DNA of 63,209 nucleotides, filler included, from Lenisia limosa (GCA_001655205.1; 14 parts of 14 records of this genome joined end to end with filler, not necessarily neighbours in it), one strand, 5' to 3'. Shown: positions 10,730 to 24,489, counted from the first letter of the whole stretch. Translations and numbers: made by a program. Notes: generated by a model from the letters alone, not told the origin.

Positions 10730-12335
10730 AAAAACGTATCATATCGGCCGACGAAACCTCATTTGTTTCAATTTTTGATGGAATTGAAGGCAGTCCAAGA
10801 TCATCAACTCTGACAGTCATCTCATTGGCTGGGACTGGTTACATTGTTGGTGGCAATGTTATTTCAAAGAAAGCGTTTTCTGAAGAAAGGGAGCCACTCA
10901 TGTTTGAAAAATCATCAGATCATCAATTTGCCGAAAAATTTCTTGATGGATGGAGCCACCAGACTATGATCTCAGAATATGTCCACCTTCAGTTGAAGTT
11001 AGAACCTATGCTTTGAAATCAATCCATTTCTGCCTTGGTGTTGCCGAAAAAGGTTATTTAACAACCAGTGCTTTCTCAGAGTGTTACGTGCAATTTCGAA
11101 AGAATTAAATGCTTCTCCAGCCAACCCTGTTATATTATATCTTGATGGTCACAACATGCATGTTTCTTCTGAGGTATCGTGCTTCTCGCATATATTATTG
11201 TACTTATCTTTTAGACCGCTCTTATGGCTTTTAATGTGATTGGAATGATGATTAGAGTGGAACCTGCACAAATATCCCATTTTCTTCAGGTAAGTGTGTT
11301 TTGTTATTGTTACAATTATCTAGAGTAATGACATACAACTTCACAGATCAATGAATGCTTGGATTAAGAAAGAAGTGACACATTTTTAGAAGACTGAGGG
11401 AAACATCGTGGTGTACTGGAATCTGTCACAGTTGACGTTGTAAGGAAATCAACCGAAGCATGTGGATTAGGTTCTACTCAGTACCAACCTGAAAAGATTC
11501 CCATCTCAGTATATGGTCACGGTGAAGTCTTTCGCCAGAAGAATTACCCATCTTCTTCTGACCTGACTATTTAAAATCCCTCTTTGAACAATCAAACACT
11601 GGATTTGGTGACATTTGGTGTCGTGAAGAACATCTTCCATCGGTTCTATAATGCTTCCATGAAGAAAGTGATGCCAGAAACCGTATCAAATGACTGCCTC
11701 GCCTAAATCTCCAATGCTCTTATCTGAAGTCCAGTTTATCCTGAGTTCAAATCATCCCTTGACCCTAAGCAAGAGGCTGAAGTCAGGACTCGCATACTGG
11801 ATGCTCCTTGTAGATGGTCGCTCAGTGATGAACTAGCAATTTCAAAACACGTAAAATCCCAAACCAAACACTTTGACCCCATTGCACAAGCAAGTGCTGT
11901 TTCAACTGCAACAGCCGCATATCAAAGTTCCAACCCCTCGTTGGTGGCATAAACCACCGTTCACTGTGCAGCAAAAGCTATGGTGAAGAAACTACAGCAT
12001 CAATCCTGTCATCTATCTATGGTGCACTTGAGTTGGGTCCTATATCAGATTTAACTGATTTTGACGAGTTGAAAGTTGTCAGGAGAGAACGCGGAAGTAA
12101 TACTGTCAACATTTCAAAAGACCAAGTTGTTATTTCAAAGTCATCAATTGTTGAAAACACTAAGCAAAAGAGAAAGTGTCTGACAAAGAATGGTGCCGTT
12201 CTTGGTCCGGTTGAAGAGGTTGCACTTGGTGGTATGAAAGCTGTGAAAACACGAGCAGCAGCAAGACAGAAAAGAGACACGAAAATACAAGGTTTGGTTG
12301 ATGTTTTGACTATTATTATAACTTCACTTAGATGA
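10730..12335 (+). pseudogene. Degenerate, intron-containing pogo/Tigger (DDE_1) transposase
   Basis: Motifs ISADETS (~10745), PVILYLDGHNMHVSSE|GT (~11125-11173), IRVEPAQISHFLQ|GT (~11250-11289), QTLDLVTFGVVK (~11595). Stops and frame breaks lie between them. Confidence 0.6.
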
Positions 12336-12903
12336 AAAAAATTTGAAGGATATCCCTAAAAAACGTGGAAGTAAGTTGTCTCTATATCTATTTTTGACTT
12401 AATAATTAGGACCTGTTGACGAAACACAACCCAGAAATGAAAACCACCCCTGGTACTGGAAATAATCAAAAATGTAAGATCTTATTGTGCTGGAGTTCTT
12501 GTTACAATTTAGAAAAACGCCATTGTAAGAAGTAATTTTTTTGTTTTATCTTGTCTTTATATGTAATATTAGGTTTGTTAATGCACATTGTTTTTGTATT
12601 TGAGAGCGTTGATCGTGTCCAATTTATTTCTGAGAGCGAATGCACTTGACAGGGTACAATTATCAACATTTTTCAGACCAAAAACAAATTTTGAAAAAAT
12701 TACATATTTCCAAAAAATAACATATTTCTGGACTTTATTTACATATGCATATACAATATATAATTATACACTAAAATCAATATATGATGATCATTGTACA
12801 CCCNNNNNNNNNNNNNNNNNNNNNNNNNNNNNNNNNNNNNNNNNNNNTTAATTAATTAANNNNNNNNNNNNNNNNNNNNNNNNNNNNNNNNNNNNNNNNN
12901 NNN

Positions 12904-15900
12904 TTTTTACCAAGATATCGCAGACTCCCTCCCCCACGAAATAACAGTGTGTGCTTTGATGTGCCTGCCGTTTGATGTGACTCCTGTTACGAGCGCGCCG
13001 TCATGTGTGATTGAGGAAACCTGGAGGGGTAAGCTTGACTTCTATTCTTCTTCTTTTCTTCTTTTTCATTTTTGTTTAATTATGTTATTTTATACATTNN
13101 NNNNNNNNNNNNNNNNNNNNNNNNNNNNNNNNNNNNNNNNNNNNNNNNNNNNNNNNNNNNNNNNNNNNNNNNNNNNNNNNNNNNNNNNNNNNNNNNNNNN
13201 NNNNNNNNNNNNNNNNNNNNNNNNNNNNNNNNNNNNNNNNNNNNNNNNNNNNNNNNNNNNNNNNNNNNNNNNNNNNNNNNNNNNNNNNNNNNNNNNNNNN
13301 NNNNNNNNNNNACAATTGTATCCCTAGGTATTTATTTGAATAAATACGATATTGTTACAATTGTATCCCTATTTATTTGAATCACTTAATTTTTAAAAAA
13401 AAAACCATTTTGGCACATCACTTCACATTTACATTCCCTCTTCCTCACAACCTACATTGCAATTAGTGAAAACGGTTCCACCATGATTGGTGATAGTGGC
13501 GCACAGGGCCCTGACCACCGCACTCGAACCGCCCACGGGGTAGGCTGTTGTTGACATACCCGTAAAGTACCTGGGGGGGGGGGGNNNNNNNNNNNNNNNN
13601 NNNNNNNNNNNNNNNNNNNNNNNNNNNNNNNNNNNNNNNNNNNNNNNNNNNNNNNNNNNNNNNNNNNNNNNNNNNNNNNNNNNNNNNNNNNNNNNNNNNN
13701 NNNNNNNNNNNNNNNNNNNNNNNNNNNNNNNNNNNNNNNNNNNTCGGAGGGGGGGGATCATCATCAATCCACTCAACCATCACCGCAGCCAATCCACCAC
13801 TCAAATCAATCCATACTAATCCATATCAATCGGTATCAATCCACATCAATCCACATTAATCTCCCCACCAATGCTCCATGATGTCAGCCTTGTTCTGTTT
13901 TGAGTGTTTCGTACCAAAAATAACGGAGGAAAAGTTCTCCAACTGTACAATGAGAAGAAAAATCGGGTATAAGGCAGCCTAGAGTCATGATACAGGAGTT
14001 AGTTGCGACATAGAGGTAATTCCCAGGTCCACATAAGTATCAGAATACAACTGGTATGCATACATTGGCTTCATGGAAACAAGAGGGATAATATTATGTT
14101 ACCCCTTGGATTCCACTTCGTTCCAAAAGACGTTCTCGATAGATCCTCGAAAACCTTCGATATTTTATCGGACTTTTTCGGATCAAAGTGATAGCTTGTT
14201 ACTCCATACCTCGAAAGGGGTGACAGAAGGGGGGGATGTGAGTCTTTTTGGGTTGAGCAGAACAGGGAACCTGTGGGTGGGGGGGGGGGNNNNNNNNNNN
14301 NNNNNNNNNNNNNNNNNNNNNNNNNNNNNNNNNNNNNNNNNNNNNNNNNNNNNNNNNNNNNNNNNNNNNNNNNNNNNNNNNNNNNNNNNNAAACAATGAA
14401 ACAAAGAAAATGGGATAATGGAAATTTATGAAACCAAAGTAAGCTTCGTATAGCTCTATGTTGTCCTTTAAACAGTCAACCAGCTTCCGGCCCTCTTCTT
14501 ACTTGAGTTTGTTCAGGACATTTTGGTAGTATTTTGACTCAGGATACTCCTGGTTAGGAAACATGTCTCTGAAGGGGAGGGAGAGTAAAATTGGAAAATT
14601 TATGAAACAAAAAAGCCCAAAATCAACCCAATTGGCTAAGCCGGGGGATGGGTGATTATAGAAAAATTATAAAACAAGAAAACCCAAAATCAACTCTGTT
14701 GCTCTGCCCTCCCCCCCTCCCACTTGGTTGAAAAAACGGCATTACAAATTGAAATAACATCGACATCTGAAACGTTAGTGGAACATTAAGGACTAATTAG
14801 GGAATCATCTCGCGGTTCGTATCGGAGTGAGTGTATATGCATTAAAGCTCACTGGTTTAAACTGGTTACTTGTGGGAGAGTAATTGAGAAGATCAAGGAA
14901 GGAATTGAGAAGATCAAGGAAGGAAGAGAACAACTTACTGTCAATTGGATTCCACGACACATCTCCTTCAGTGGCATATGCCTGGAAACATAAGTACCTT
15001 ATTGCATCCATGTGATGCCTTGTTGGTTAGTATAAATACTTTGTAACCTATTCCACACAAATTTAATGGAATTTATGTCAATAATTTCCCAAAAATGCAC
15101 ATCATAGTAAGAATCATTTCGTGACGCTTATTAGATATTATATAGCACTAGGTCAGTTTAAAACAATTCAACTGTTTTGGATGATGCCATTAAGTTAGAA
15201 AAAGACGATACTTCTCGGAATCCACACACCCCCTCATACAAGAGTGGCGCGAGCGCTATTGAGGTCATCCAAATGGCCCAAATTGTACATATAATGCCCC
15301 CCTGTGGGTGAGTTATGAACTGGTGTTACACAATAAATAATACAACTGTCAAATATTACAGCAATGAGAAATAAAAAATAAGGTTGTTTCTGGCCGAAGC
15401 CGTCCACACCATCATTTATAAGAAATATTGAATTATGAAATACTGAAAATGAGGAATAAAATGACCAGAGCCTTTTGATTTCCAAAATCTTGAACTTGTA
15501 TAAAACTAGATGAAAAAAATAATCTTTATCAGTTTGATACTACTACTAACCTGTGTTGCAACTCTCCCCGTTGCCCTTGAAGCAGTGCATACTAGACAGT
15601 GAAAATAAGAAACAAATACTATTGATGCATAAACAGTTAAATGAGAAATTCAACAAGGTAATAGAAAAATGAGAAGAGTATCTGACCGAAGCCATGTCTA
15701 CTAAACAGTAAAAAAGGATGTATTAAAGGGATTCCCGACAGTCTTAACCCCCACATTTTTGGATACATAATCGATAAATCAAGTTTTTGTACTGTAGGGA
15801 GACCCCCTCCCCCCACAAGCACTATTAGCTTGAAGCGCACGAAATTAACGCATGATTAACCAGCATTTTGTCCATCTCATCCCCCCCCCCCNNNNNNNNN

Positions 15901-17150
15901 NNNNNNNNNNNNNNNNNNNNNNNNNNNNNNNNNNNNNNNNNNNNNNNNNNNNNNNNNNNNNNNNGCCATACCGCGACAACAGGGCTGGAAATGGTGAAAA
16001 TAGAGAGTAATATTGCTGAATATGGTAAAATGAGTGCTGAAAATGGTGGAAATGTCGGAAATGTGAAAACGTTGACTCATATCCACTAGTGATATGATCA
16101 TATGACCGACTTCCAAGTCGAAATGATCAACGAAGATAACACAAGGTATCAGAGTATCATTGAGACTTGTCGATCAATTATCATACTAGTGGATATGAGG
16201 TATCATATCACAACGTGGAAAATGATAGTTCACACGTGTGAAAATGATCCAAAAAGTGATGAGTAATTGTGCTCATAATGCTGGAGATGGTGAGTAAATC
16301 GGTGTGATACTGTCATTTACTTTCAGTTTGAGAATAGGTCCTATATTTTAATTTTATAATGGTGAGTAAGTAGTGCTAGAAATGGTAGATCTCAGATAAT
16401 AGGACTGATACTGGTGAAAATGACGGCTAAACAGAGATGGTAAGTAAAAGGACTGAAACTAAAATTGGTAAGCACAGGATAATAGTACTGTAAAAACACC
16501 TGATAAAAATATGTCTCACCCACTTTGCTAACCTACTCCCATCTTACCAGCGGATGTGAGTCCGGCTATTCCGCTTCCAATGACAACCACATCGTATGTC
16601 GGGTCTGCACAGATTTTAGATTATATCTTGTCGAATAAAAAAAAATGTGTGTGGGGGGGGGGGGGNNNNNNNNNNNNNNNNNNNNNNNNNNNNNNNNNNN
16701 NNNNNNNNNNNNNNNNNNNNNNNNNNNNNNNNNNNNNNNNNNNNNNNNNNNNNNNNNNNNNNNNNNNNNNNNNNNNNNNNNNNNNNNGACAAAAAAAAAA
16801 CACTGCAAAAAAAGAGTTCCAAAAAGGCCCGGAAACCTAAAAGATCGCCACGGAACCTGACTCTCGATCCGTCGTTTTTTTTACTTGGCAGAAGGACATG
16901 TTCATGTTCCGCCCTTTCAACTAGGGGGGAGTAAGGAACAACAACAACAACGACAACATGACTTCGCCGCTAATTAACTAAAAAAGAAAGCTGTAAAATA
17001 GTCAAAAACCCTCGCTAAACCCACTCAGCACAGTACGGCGGCGCAGGAACAGCCAGCCCCGTAAGAAGTAGGAGTTCCAAAAGAATCGAGAGTAGAAGGT
17101 CGAGAAACGGGTCACGCGGTGGATTACTGAGAGGACGGGATTCAGAATCG
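12904..17150 (-). CDS. RETSAT: FAD-dependent oxidoreductase of the RETSAT / phytoene-desaturase-like family (multi-exon, 3'-truncated)
   Basis: Exons give TYDVVVIGSGIAGLTSA (16610-16550; GxGxxG), LLSRYG, MHCFKGNGESCNTG|GHYMYNLG, AYPVGGSSAVVRALCATITNHGGTVFTNCNV, VSSITHDGALVTGVTSNGRHIKAHTVIS. These are collinear with RETSAT motifs. Start codon uncertain. Confidence 0.75.
14569..14723 (-). repeat. Family G, two tandem copies forming nearly a whole 155-nt RETSAT intron
   Basis: GTGGGAGGGGGG..CAACAGAGTTGATTTTGGG....GCCAATTGGGTTGATTTTGGGCTTTTTTGTTTCATAAATTTTCCAATTTTACTCTCCCTCCCCTTCAG|. Confidence 0.8.
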
Positions 17151-18029
17151 AGAAGAATCGACCTATGTAAATGTTAAATTGCTCTCAGCCTCCAATTTGA
17201 CTAGCTGGTTGTATTATATTTTAAGGACAAGAACAAAGAATATAAATAAAAGCAAGGTGTAAAATTACAAATGCATTGGTATGCCAAAAACACATTAACA
17301 TGAGGATACTTAAAAAAAAAAAAGGGATAGAGGGAGCCTTGAACTTTCGCAATTCTCAAATACGAATATCTTTGATAACAGCAATTTAGGATCAAAAATA
17401 AGAGATATATTCGAAAAAAGAGCAATATGGTTCAATTGCTCTTGTTTCCTTTCCATCATACATAAACTTCCAGGGTGTTCATCAACGTTCCAAGCCTCTG
17501 TAAGGTCTTTGATGTTATGCTCCTGCTCATCTACGTTCCAAACTTTCATTGTACCTCTACAACCAGTAATTAGGATCCTTTTGTGTCGCAATATTGATGA
17601 ATTGCATCAGGTACTGCATCAGATAAAAGGAGCAACTGTGCGGAGAGAGAGGAAGCTAGAACAATCCAAATTATAGGCATAAGGTAGAATACTTAATATA
17701 TTAACTCATGACGCATTGGCCGACCTAGATGGATGGGAGCGTGCGAAAAAAACGAAGCCAAAGTCCAGCTCACCGGCAGATGACGCCTATATCAAATTTT
17801 TTCATGAAATTATCCTTATAAACCTGCAATATCGCATATACATGGCTCAAATTTGCATTTTAAAAAATTGAATAAGGCCTATTGCCAATGATCGAGGATC
17901 ATTGAGTAGTTTCCAAATTTGACAAGTTACTTATATCCCCTCTTCTAACTTGATTATTAAACAATTAGGTTGAGAGAAGAGAGTCAGAGCAGAAAAACAG
18001 GGCGACTCACCCTCCCCTCCCCCTACACG

Positions 18030-18400
18030 CCATTTGGCGATCCTCCTCTTATTTAGGCAAGCGTTCTCCTCCTGCAAACCCAACATGGCAACCTAAAGAA
18101 AGGAGACTTCTTGACAGTAACAATGAAAACGTCGGTTCCTCTTGTTAAATAATGTTTCCAGACTTTTGATATTGCTCGCAATTGCATCGCTGACATTTGC
18201 CTCCCTCCGTTGGCATGAACCGACCACTTCAACTACAACAGATGTATGATGTTCTTTAACGCAAACTGACACAATAGGAAGAAATTCAAGATTACAGCCA
18301 ATGCTTGCCGGGTAATGTGTTTATTCATGGCCCCGCCATCTGTCGTAAGTGCCACCCTGTAGCCGATCAGAAGGTTTGCTCTCTGCTTCCTTCACCATGA
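18030..18400 (-). pseudogene. Possible highly decayed hAT-like transposase fragment
   Basis: Broken frames LLIGYRVALTTDGG..., NVSDAIASNIKSLETLF, DVFIVTVK..LPCW loosely recall the hAT SLTTD / ENIA..I / IVTD..C.AH order. Weak. Confidence 0.2.
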
Positions 18401-18869
18401 ACGCACTTTGTAAAGCAAATTCAGCATTATGATCATAGTTTACACTTTTTACATCATATTTAGCCCTTGTTATTTTTATTGTAGATCATAGTCTTCTCTT
18501 ATAACATATCATTTTCTGCACTCAACACTCATGTTTTCAATAAGCAATAATTGCATACTTGTTAATTTTTTGGAGGAAAGCAACCTCCAATTTTCAAGAC
18601 CTCTCCAAATTGATCTTGTCCAATAACTTTCCAGATTATTCTTATTGATCCGAATAACTGCGGAAAATGTGGCAACAAATGTCCAACAAATCGACCACAG
18701 TGTCTCAAGGGAACTTGTGGTATGTGACCTTTCGTTAAAATGAAATAATATTTCATCATCAATTTAATGTTGTAATAACTTTGAGGAAAACCAATCAAAG
18801 TTAAAATTGAGTTCCATTTCGCCCTCATCAATTCAATATATTATATATTTTGTGATTCACTCAGCGTGT

Positions 18870-21800
18870 TTCCTTGATTCCCAAATGGAAACATTTGTAA
18901 TTACAACATAGTTACGACAACACCATCCCCAAGTGATAATTGCAACAACAAGGGCATTTACCTTGATGAATCCAAAACCTGCCTGTGTCCGTGCGGCCTC
19001 GATCCAAACTCTCACTGTGCCCAATCCCTCTATCAGACTGGCTCAGATGACACCACTAACCTGAAGAGAAGCCTTGGGAAGACAAGGGCAAAAGAAAACT
19101 CCGTGACGCTTACCGGTGTGCATTACAATGAAGGCATTCTTATAACCACTTTTGAGCCCAATTTAACCGAAGGAGAAATGGTATGGACAGGCTCTCTGAG
19201 TGTCAGAATTGGGTGTTATAATCAAATATCTCTAATAAGCGTAATGGTGTGGATGGGCTTCAGCCAGATACAATCATATTTTATTTCTCATCTCTCTTTC
19301 TATCTATTACATAAATTATAGTATACATATATATACTACTAGATGTAATATATCGATATATAATATGTTATCGTATATGTCCGCCTTCGAAGATAACTTT
19401 TGGGGAGGAAAGATCATCGTTGTGTTGTGCGAAGTGGGTATGACCTGAATTCCTATTTTTAGCTGTCTTTTGAAGCTGTATTTGTTTCTTTCCAATATTC
19501 TTAACTGAGTATGCAGTTTGTACCAAAACATTTTATCATTATGTTATTCTCCCTCAAGCCCTCACTTATTAAGGTGATACACGGGGCAATGAACCAGGAC
19601 TGTGCGCTCAGATGGTTTGGCTCTTCGGTTATGGAGAACAACAAGGCCGTTATCAAATTCAACCTCCGGGTTGATGAGGCTCTTCTATCAGATGGTGGGG
19701 CAGACAAGGATCATTGGGATATCGTTCATAACAATTCAATATAACACGGATGGTAGATTAAAGACAATGAGAGACACAAGAGAATATTTGACTTTTGATT
19801 AATCTACTTCTTTGGTCATAAGCTGACAGAACAGTTACCAAGTCCTACATTTACAATAATCATTTACATTCTTGGTACTCTCAATAATCTTACATTTAAA
19901 ATACTTTCAAAAATCTCACATTCCAGGCACTCTCCATTCGCGCTGCCCTTTCTCAGCTTCAGACCATTCCAGTGGACTAAAAAGACGGATTTTTGGCGAA
20001 GCATCCTTCCAGATCCTCACCAAATCCGGGGATATTGCTACTGAAACCGTAAGTAAGGGCAAAAACTACCAAACTATTACACTACAATATATCATATATA
20101 TAATATACTATATATATATATATACTATTATTATTATTATTTGTATTTGGTTTTCAATTGCCTCAATATGGGCTTTCTTTCACAACCATAATTAGTTGCT
20201 ATCTCAACAGGACAATCATGGTACTTTATAATTTAACATTTCATAAATATTATAACATTTGATGTCTGAGACCATGGCCATGCAAATTTCGACAGTTTTT
20301 AAGGATTTAGGTTTCATTTGCCTTTGACCTACCAACTATGGTTGAGGTCCGAAGTGCCATTGAGATTAGTGGTGACAGCTGCTTCACTGCCTCAATTACC
20401 AACTCCCAGTACGCCGAAGATTTGTTGTTATAATCAGTAATATATCTGGTTATTTGGATATCATGCCCATAATAACCGAGTTAATCTTACCATTTGTCTT
20501 GGATATTGCTTAAGGATATGATTGTATGGAATGTTACAGTGCAACTGTGAACATAATGCAATATAATATGATTCATTTTTAATGTGAATAGTTTTCGCAA
20601 TAAAATGCTCACATATTTCCATTTTTGCTTTGGATTGACTCCACCTCCAAAAATAAGTCCGATACGTAAGCCATATCTGTATATGCTACGTACTAATACC
20701 TAACACTTCCCGCGATTTGTCACGACACGGACATTGAGCTTAGTTAATTGTGTTAGGATTTATCACGTCACTGAACATAAGGATGATACTAACAAGTAGC
20801 AGATGTAACATTTACTGCGTTTCACTAATACGTAGATTCCACCTTTCCAACAATGAAATTGTCATTGAGTTTTCAACTTATGGAGCGTCTGGTTCAACCA
20901 TTTCCCTACTTGACTCATTCAATGTAAGTAATATCTCTGGAAATTAGAAATCAAATAAGGTTAGTTCAACCAATCATTGTTCCCCTAAAACTCTGTGCTG
21001 CTTTCTGTCTGTCTGGCATGATGACCAAAGTAGAGGGAATGTTGTAATTTGAATAAAAAGAATAGTTAGGACTCTGAATAATTGATTTTGTAAGGAAATT
21101 GACAAAATGATGCTCGCCTTACTTTGCAGAAACATAACCAACTTGAAGCGGAGCTGAATCTTCTCGGAGAAACCAGCGCATGTGGCAAGACGTTAAAGGA
21201 TAACTTTATTTCCGACCTCCAATGTCAGAGTCACTGGAAGCTAGTAGTTCCAGCAAAACATAAACTAGTGGGCAAGAAAACCATTGGGCTTTTACTGTAT
21301 TATCATCGTATTGTTATTCTTTAAACTTGGACGGTAACAATTCAGTGTTCATTTGATGATCTCATTGAACTTCCTCTACAGTCCTCTGAATGCGAATCTG
21401 AGAACCCTCTTATCCAGTAAGCATATTCGTTTCAATAAGCTTCATATCCCCAACTTATACTTGGCTTGCTAAGTTTCAATTTTATTGAATATTCATGACT
21501 GCATATATTACTCTAAACTTGACAACAGAACCCCACTAGATTACATTCAGCTGAATCCTCACCAATATAATAACTGCATTCCAGTAACCTATTGCAGCTT
21601 GAAGACATCAAATATGTGCATCAAAATTGCCAAGCAGAAGTCGGTGCGCTCTACAACGCGAAATGCCAAGACTGAGTACTACAAAAGTAAGCTGAGGCGC
21701 GAAATATGTATGTAGAGAGTCACAAGGCAAAAGAGTTTTATGTCTCATTTCTATTTACGATTGCTATTTGGTGTTTTTGCTGATACTTTGAGTGGTTTTG

Positions 21801-23829
21801 ACCTTTTATATACAGCTGCTATTTGTGAATCTGTGATCTTTACTTGTCAAATGATATTGTTGCAACCGTCTCCGTATCCTTTCGTGGCCATTTGGTATTG
21901 GTATTGAGTAACCATAACATTTTCAGATGAAGTTGTTGCAATTCGGCCAAAGTTAGAGCCTGCTACAAGTCTCCATGGTCATGTTTCGAAGGCAATCATC
22001 ATACCCCCACAGGGGCTTGGTAGGCTAAAAATTGTTTAATTTGGGAGATATTAGCAACTCAACTATGTTGCTGTTATTCTCCCCTCTCAACTTTACAACA
22101 AAGTGGCATCGCATCTTCAATCATATTGTTATTATATACTATATACTGTTCACGATCACTGTAACATGTGGTGCTGCAGAAGCGACTAGCATGGGATTTG
22201 TTTGTTTTGTTGTTATCAACCCTCGAGTGTTGTCAGCCAACATAATTGATTTGAGCTTTTTTGTTTCATACATTTTCCTATTTCACCCCCCAGGTAAAAT
22301 CCAAATAGTTAAGCGTTTTAATGAATGTGGTGATACATGTGCTCCATGCCTAGACAAGTAACAGGGATGGCAGCGGCACTGTAATTTACAGTGATACAAC
22401 TTGGATTCCATGAAAATAATTTCTATTAATTGACAAAATGTGAAATCAAAGTACCAAAAATTGAGTTTACATTACAACATGTCTCACTTCAAATTCACAT
22501 TTTTGCTTTTAATTTTAAAATTAATTGCAGTTGTCCTAGTTACAACCAAATGCTAAGAATTTGCCGGAAATGGATCATTTCGCTTCCAGAGTACCTGCAG
22601 CTAAATCTAATTGTTGATCATATTACGACAATTTCACAGTCTTTAAAGACTATCAAGAAAATACTGGGACCCAAATGTGGTAAAGTTATTTGATAGGAGT
22701 TAGCACAATATCAAGCGTCAGCAGTTTTTGTATTGAATCTTGACTATCTAAAACCAGAACCTTTTCATTATATATACTTAAACTCCATCTGCATATGTTG
22801 AAATTTTTCTTGTATCATGTGGAGTCCCCTAATCTCTGTCTAGCCTTGGCCAATTAACTTTCCCGCTTCAAACCGATTTGGTAAGTCGGAGAGCTTCTAA
22901 GGTTTAATTGTTTCCATCCATCTTGCTTTATACTCGAACTCTTGACACCTTTCAACGAACATTCTCTCAATAAATTTGTCATTCAGTATCACCACAACTG
23001 CATGAATGTAACATAATCCGACCTAAATAACATTTACCATTTCATCTTCACCCCACAGCCGTCTTGCGTTCTTCGTGGTGTATATAAAAGCGGCACTAAT
23101 GTTGACATCATTTTTGTTGTCGAAGACAACATCAGTCAAAACGAGTAAGTCTGAACAATTTCAAGGCCATCAAAATTCATAGAGAAGTTACTTTGCCATT
23201 CTTTCCTTTTAGCAAGGATATTAAAAGTTCTTTTGCATCTGAAATTATAGTATCTTAGACAAATCACTATTTTTCCTCTAACAATTTATGTTATATTTGG
23301 ATACATCTAATACTGTAGGGAACATTTAGGCAATACCTTCGAAATGCTGGCCAAAACAACCCTTCACATCCACTCCTCTGAGTCCCCAGAACCCTCAAAC
23401 CAAAACCGTATGAGAGAGGAGGGGTTAGCATCTACCAAATATCAAAACATGGATACACGTTATCAATTTCAAACCTTTTTTTTTATTCATATCTCGGGGT
23501 AGTTCCCCATATTGTCCCACGCCATAAGAGGGACTGGACTCTCAATGCTGTAACACCCCACACACTACATGCCCCTCCAATTTTATAATATTAACCAATG
23601 CTAACTCCCCACATTGCCCATTACCCACCCCCCAGAAATAAACCCAGTACCACCCCACGTTATTACCAACTCAACTGCGCCAAAAGAGGCCGAGCCGGCT
23701 GAGTCGTCGTACTCCACTCCTATGATGGTGGCCAGTGCGGCCGGAGGAGTACTTTTGACCGGTGTTGCAGGTTTGTTGGAAGATGGCAAGATCTTTAGGA
23801 GCTGTCAAGATCTATTGCAAGATCGCTGA
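18870..23829 (+). CDS. Putative large multi-exon Cys-containing cell-surface protein with EGF-like motif and C-terminal Pro/Ser/Thr stalk plus hydrophobic segment
   Basis: Open exon CNNKGIYLDESKTCLCPCGLDPNSHC (~18950-19020). Further AG/GT-bounded exons at ~19575, 19925, 21130, 21540, 22294. Final ORF ..ESSYSTPMMVASAAGGVLLTGVAGLL..*. Exon joining not fully resolved. Confidence 0.4.
22171..22293 (+). repeat. Family G, near full length, sense, ending at a 3' splice site
   Basis: GCTGCAGAAGCGACT..GTTATCAACCCT..GTGTTGTCAGCCAAC..GATTTGAGCTTTTTTGTTTCATA..CCCCCCAG|. Confidence 0.8.
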
Positions 23830-24489
23830 TGATCTGAGAAACTTTATATGGTATGATATTATGCCAGATGAAAATTTGGATCGAAATTGCCGTTAAGGAA
23901 GGCGAATGTTCACTTTAAAGCTGTTCATCTGAAGTCTTGTGCAGTGATAAAGGAATTGTGTATATACTATTACAAAAGACAACCATTGGAATACAAGTTC
24001 TTTGAATTGAGAACTTAATTAAAAAATTTGTCATTTTTTCTAGTAATTTCTCTTTTCCCCTATGGTATTGATTTTCAATCCCCTAACCCCGCAGCTGTAC
24101 TTATGAAGCGAAAGTATCAGTTCAAAAAGAAGCCTCCTGTGTTTTATCCTGTGGGTGTGTAGTATCTAAAATAGTGTTTTGCCATTTCGCCCTTGAATGT
24201 GTAAAGAGAGTTAAATTTGTCATTTCTCATCAATTCAATTCAATGCAGCGTCGTATTCACCCAATTACACCCATGAGGGGATTATATCTTTTGTTTCAGT
24301 CTTTTTTTTGTTTGACAAACCACCTCAAAGACTATAATTAATCTNNNNNNNNNNNNNNNNNNNNNNNNNNNNNNNNNNNNNNNNNNNNTTAATTAATTAA
24401 NNNNNNNNNNNNNNNNNNNNNNNNNNNNNNNNNNNNNNNNNNNNGGTATACCTTATAGTGTATCCGATAATATCGTCGTATTTTTATTC

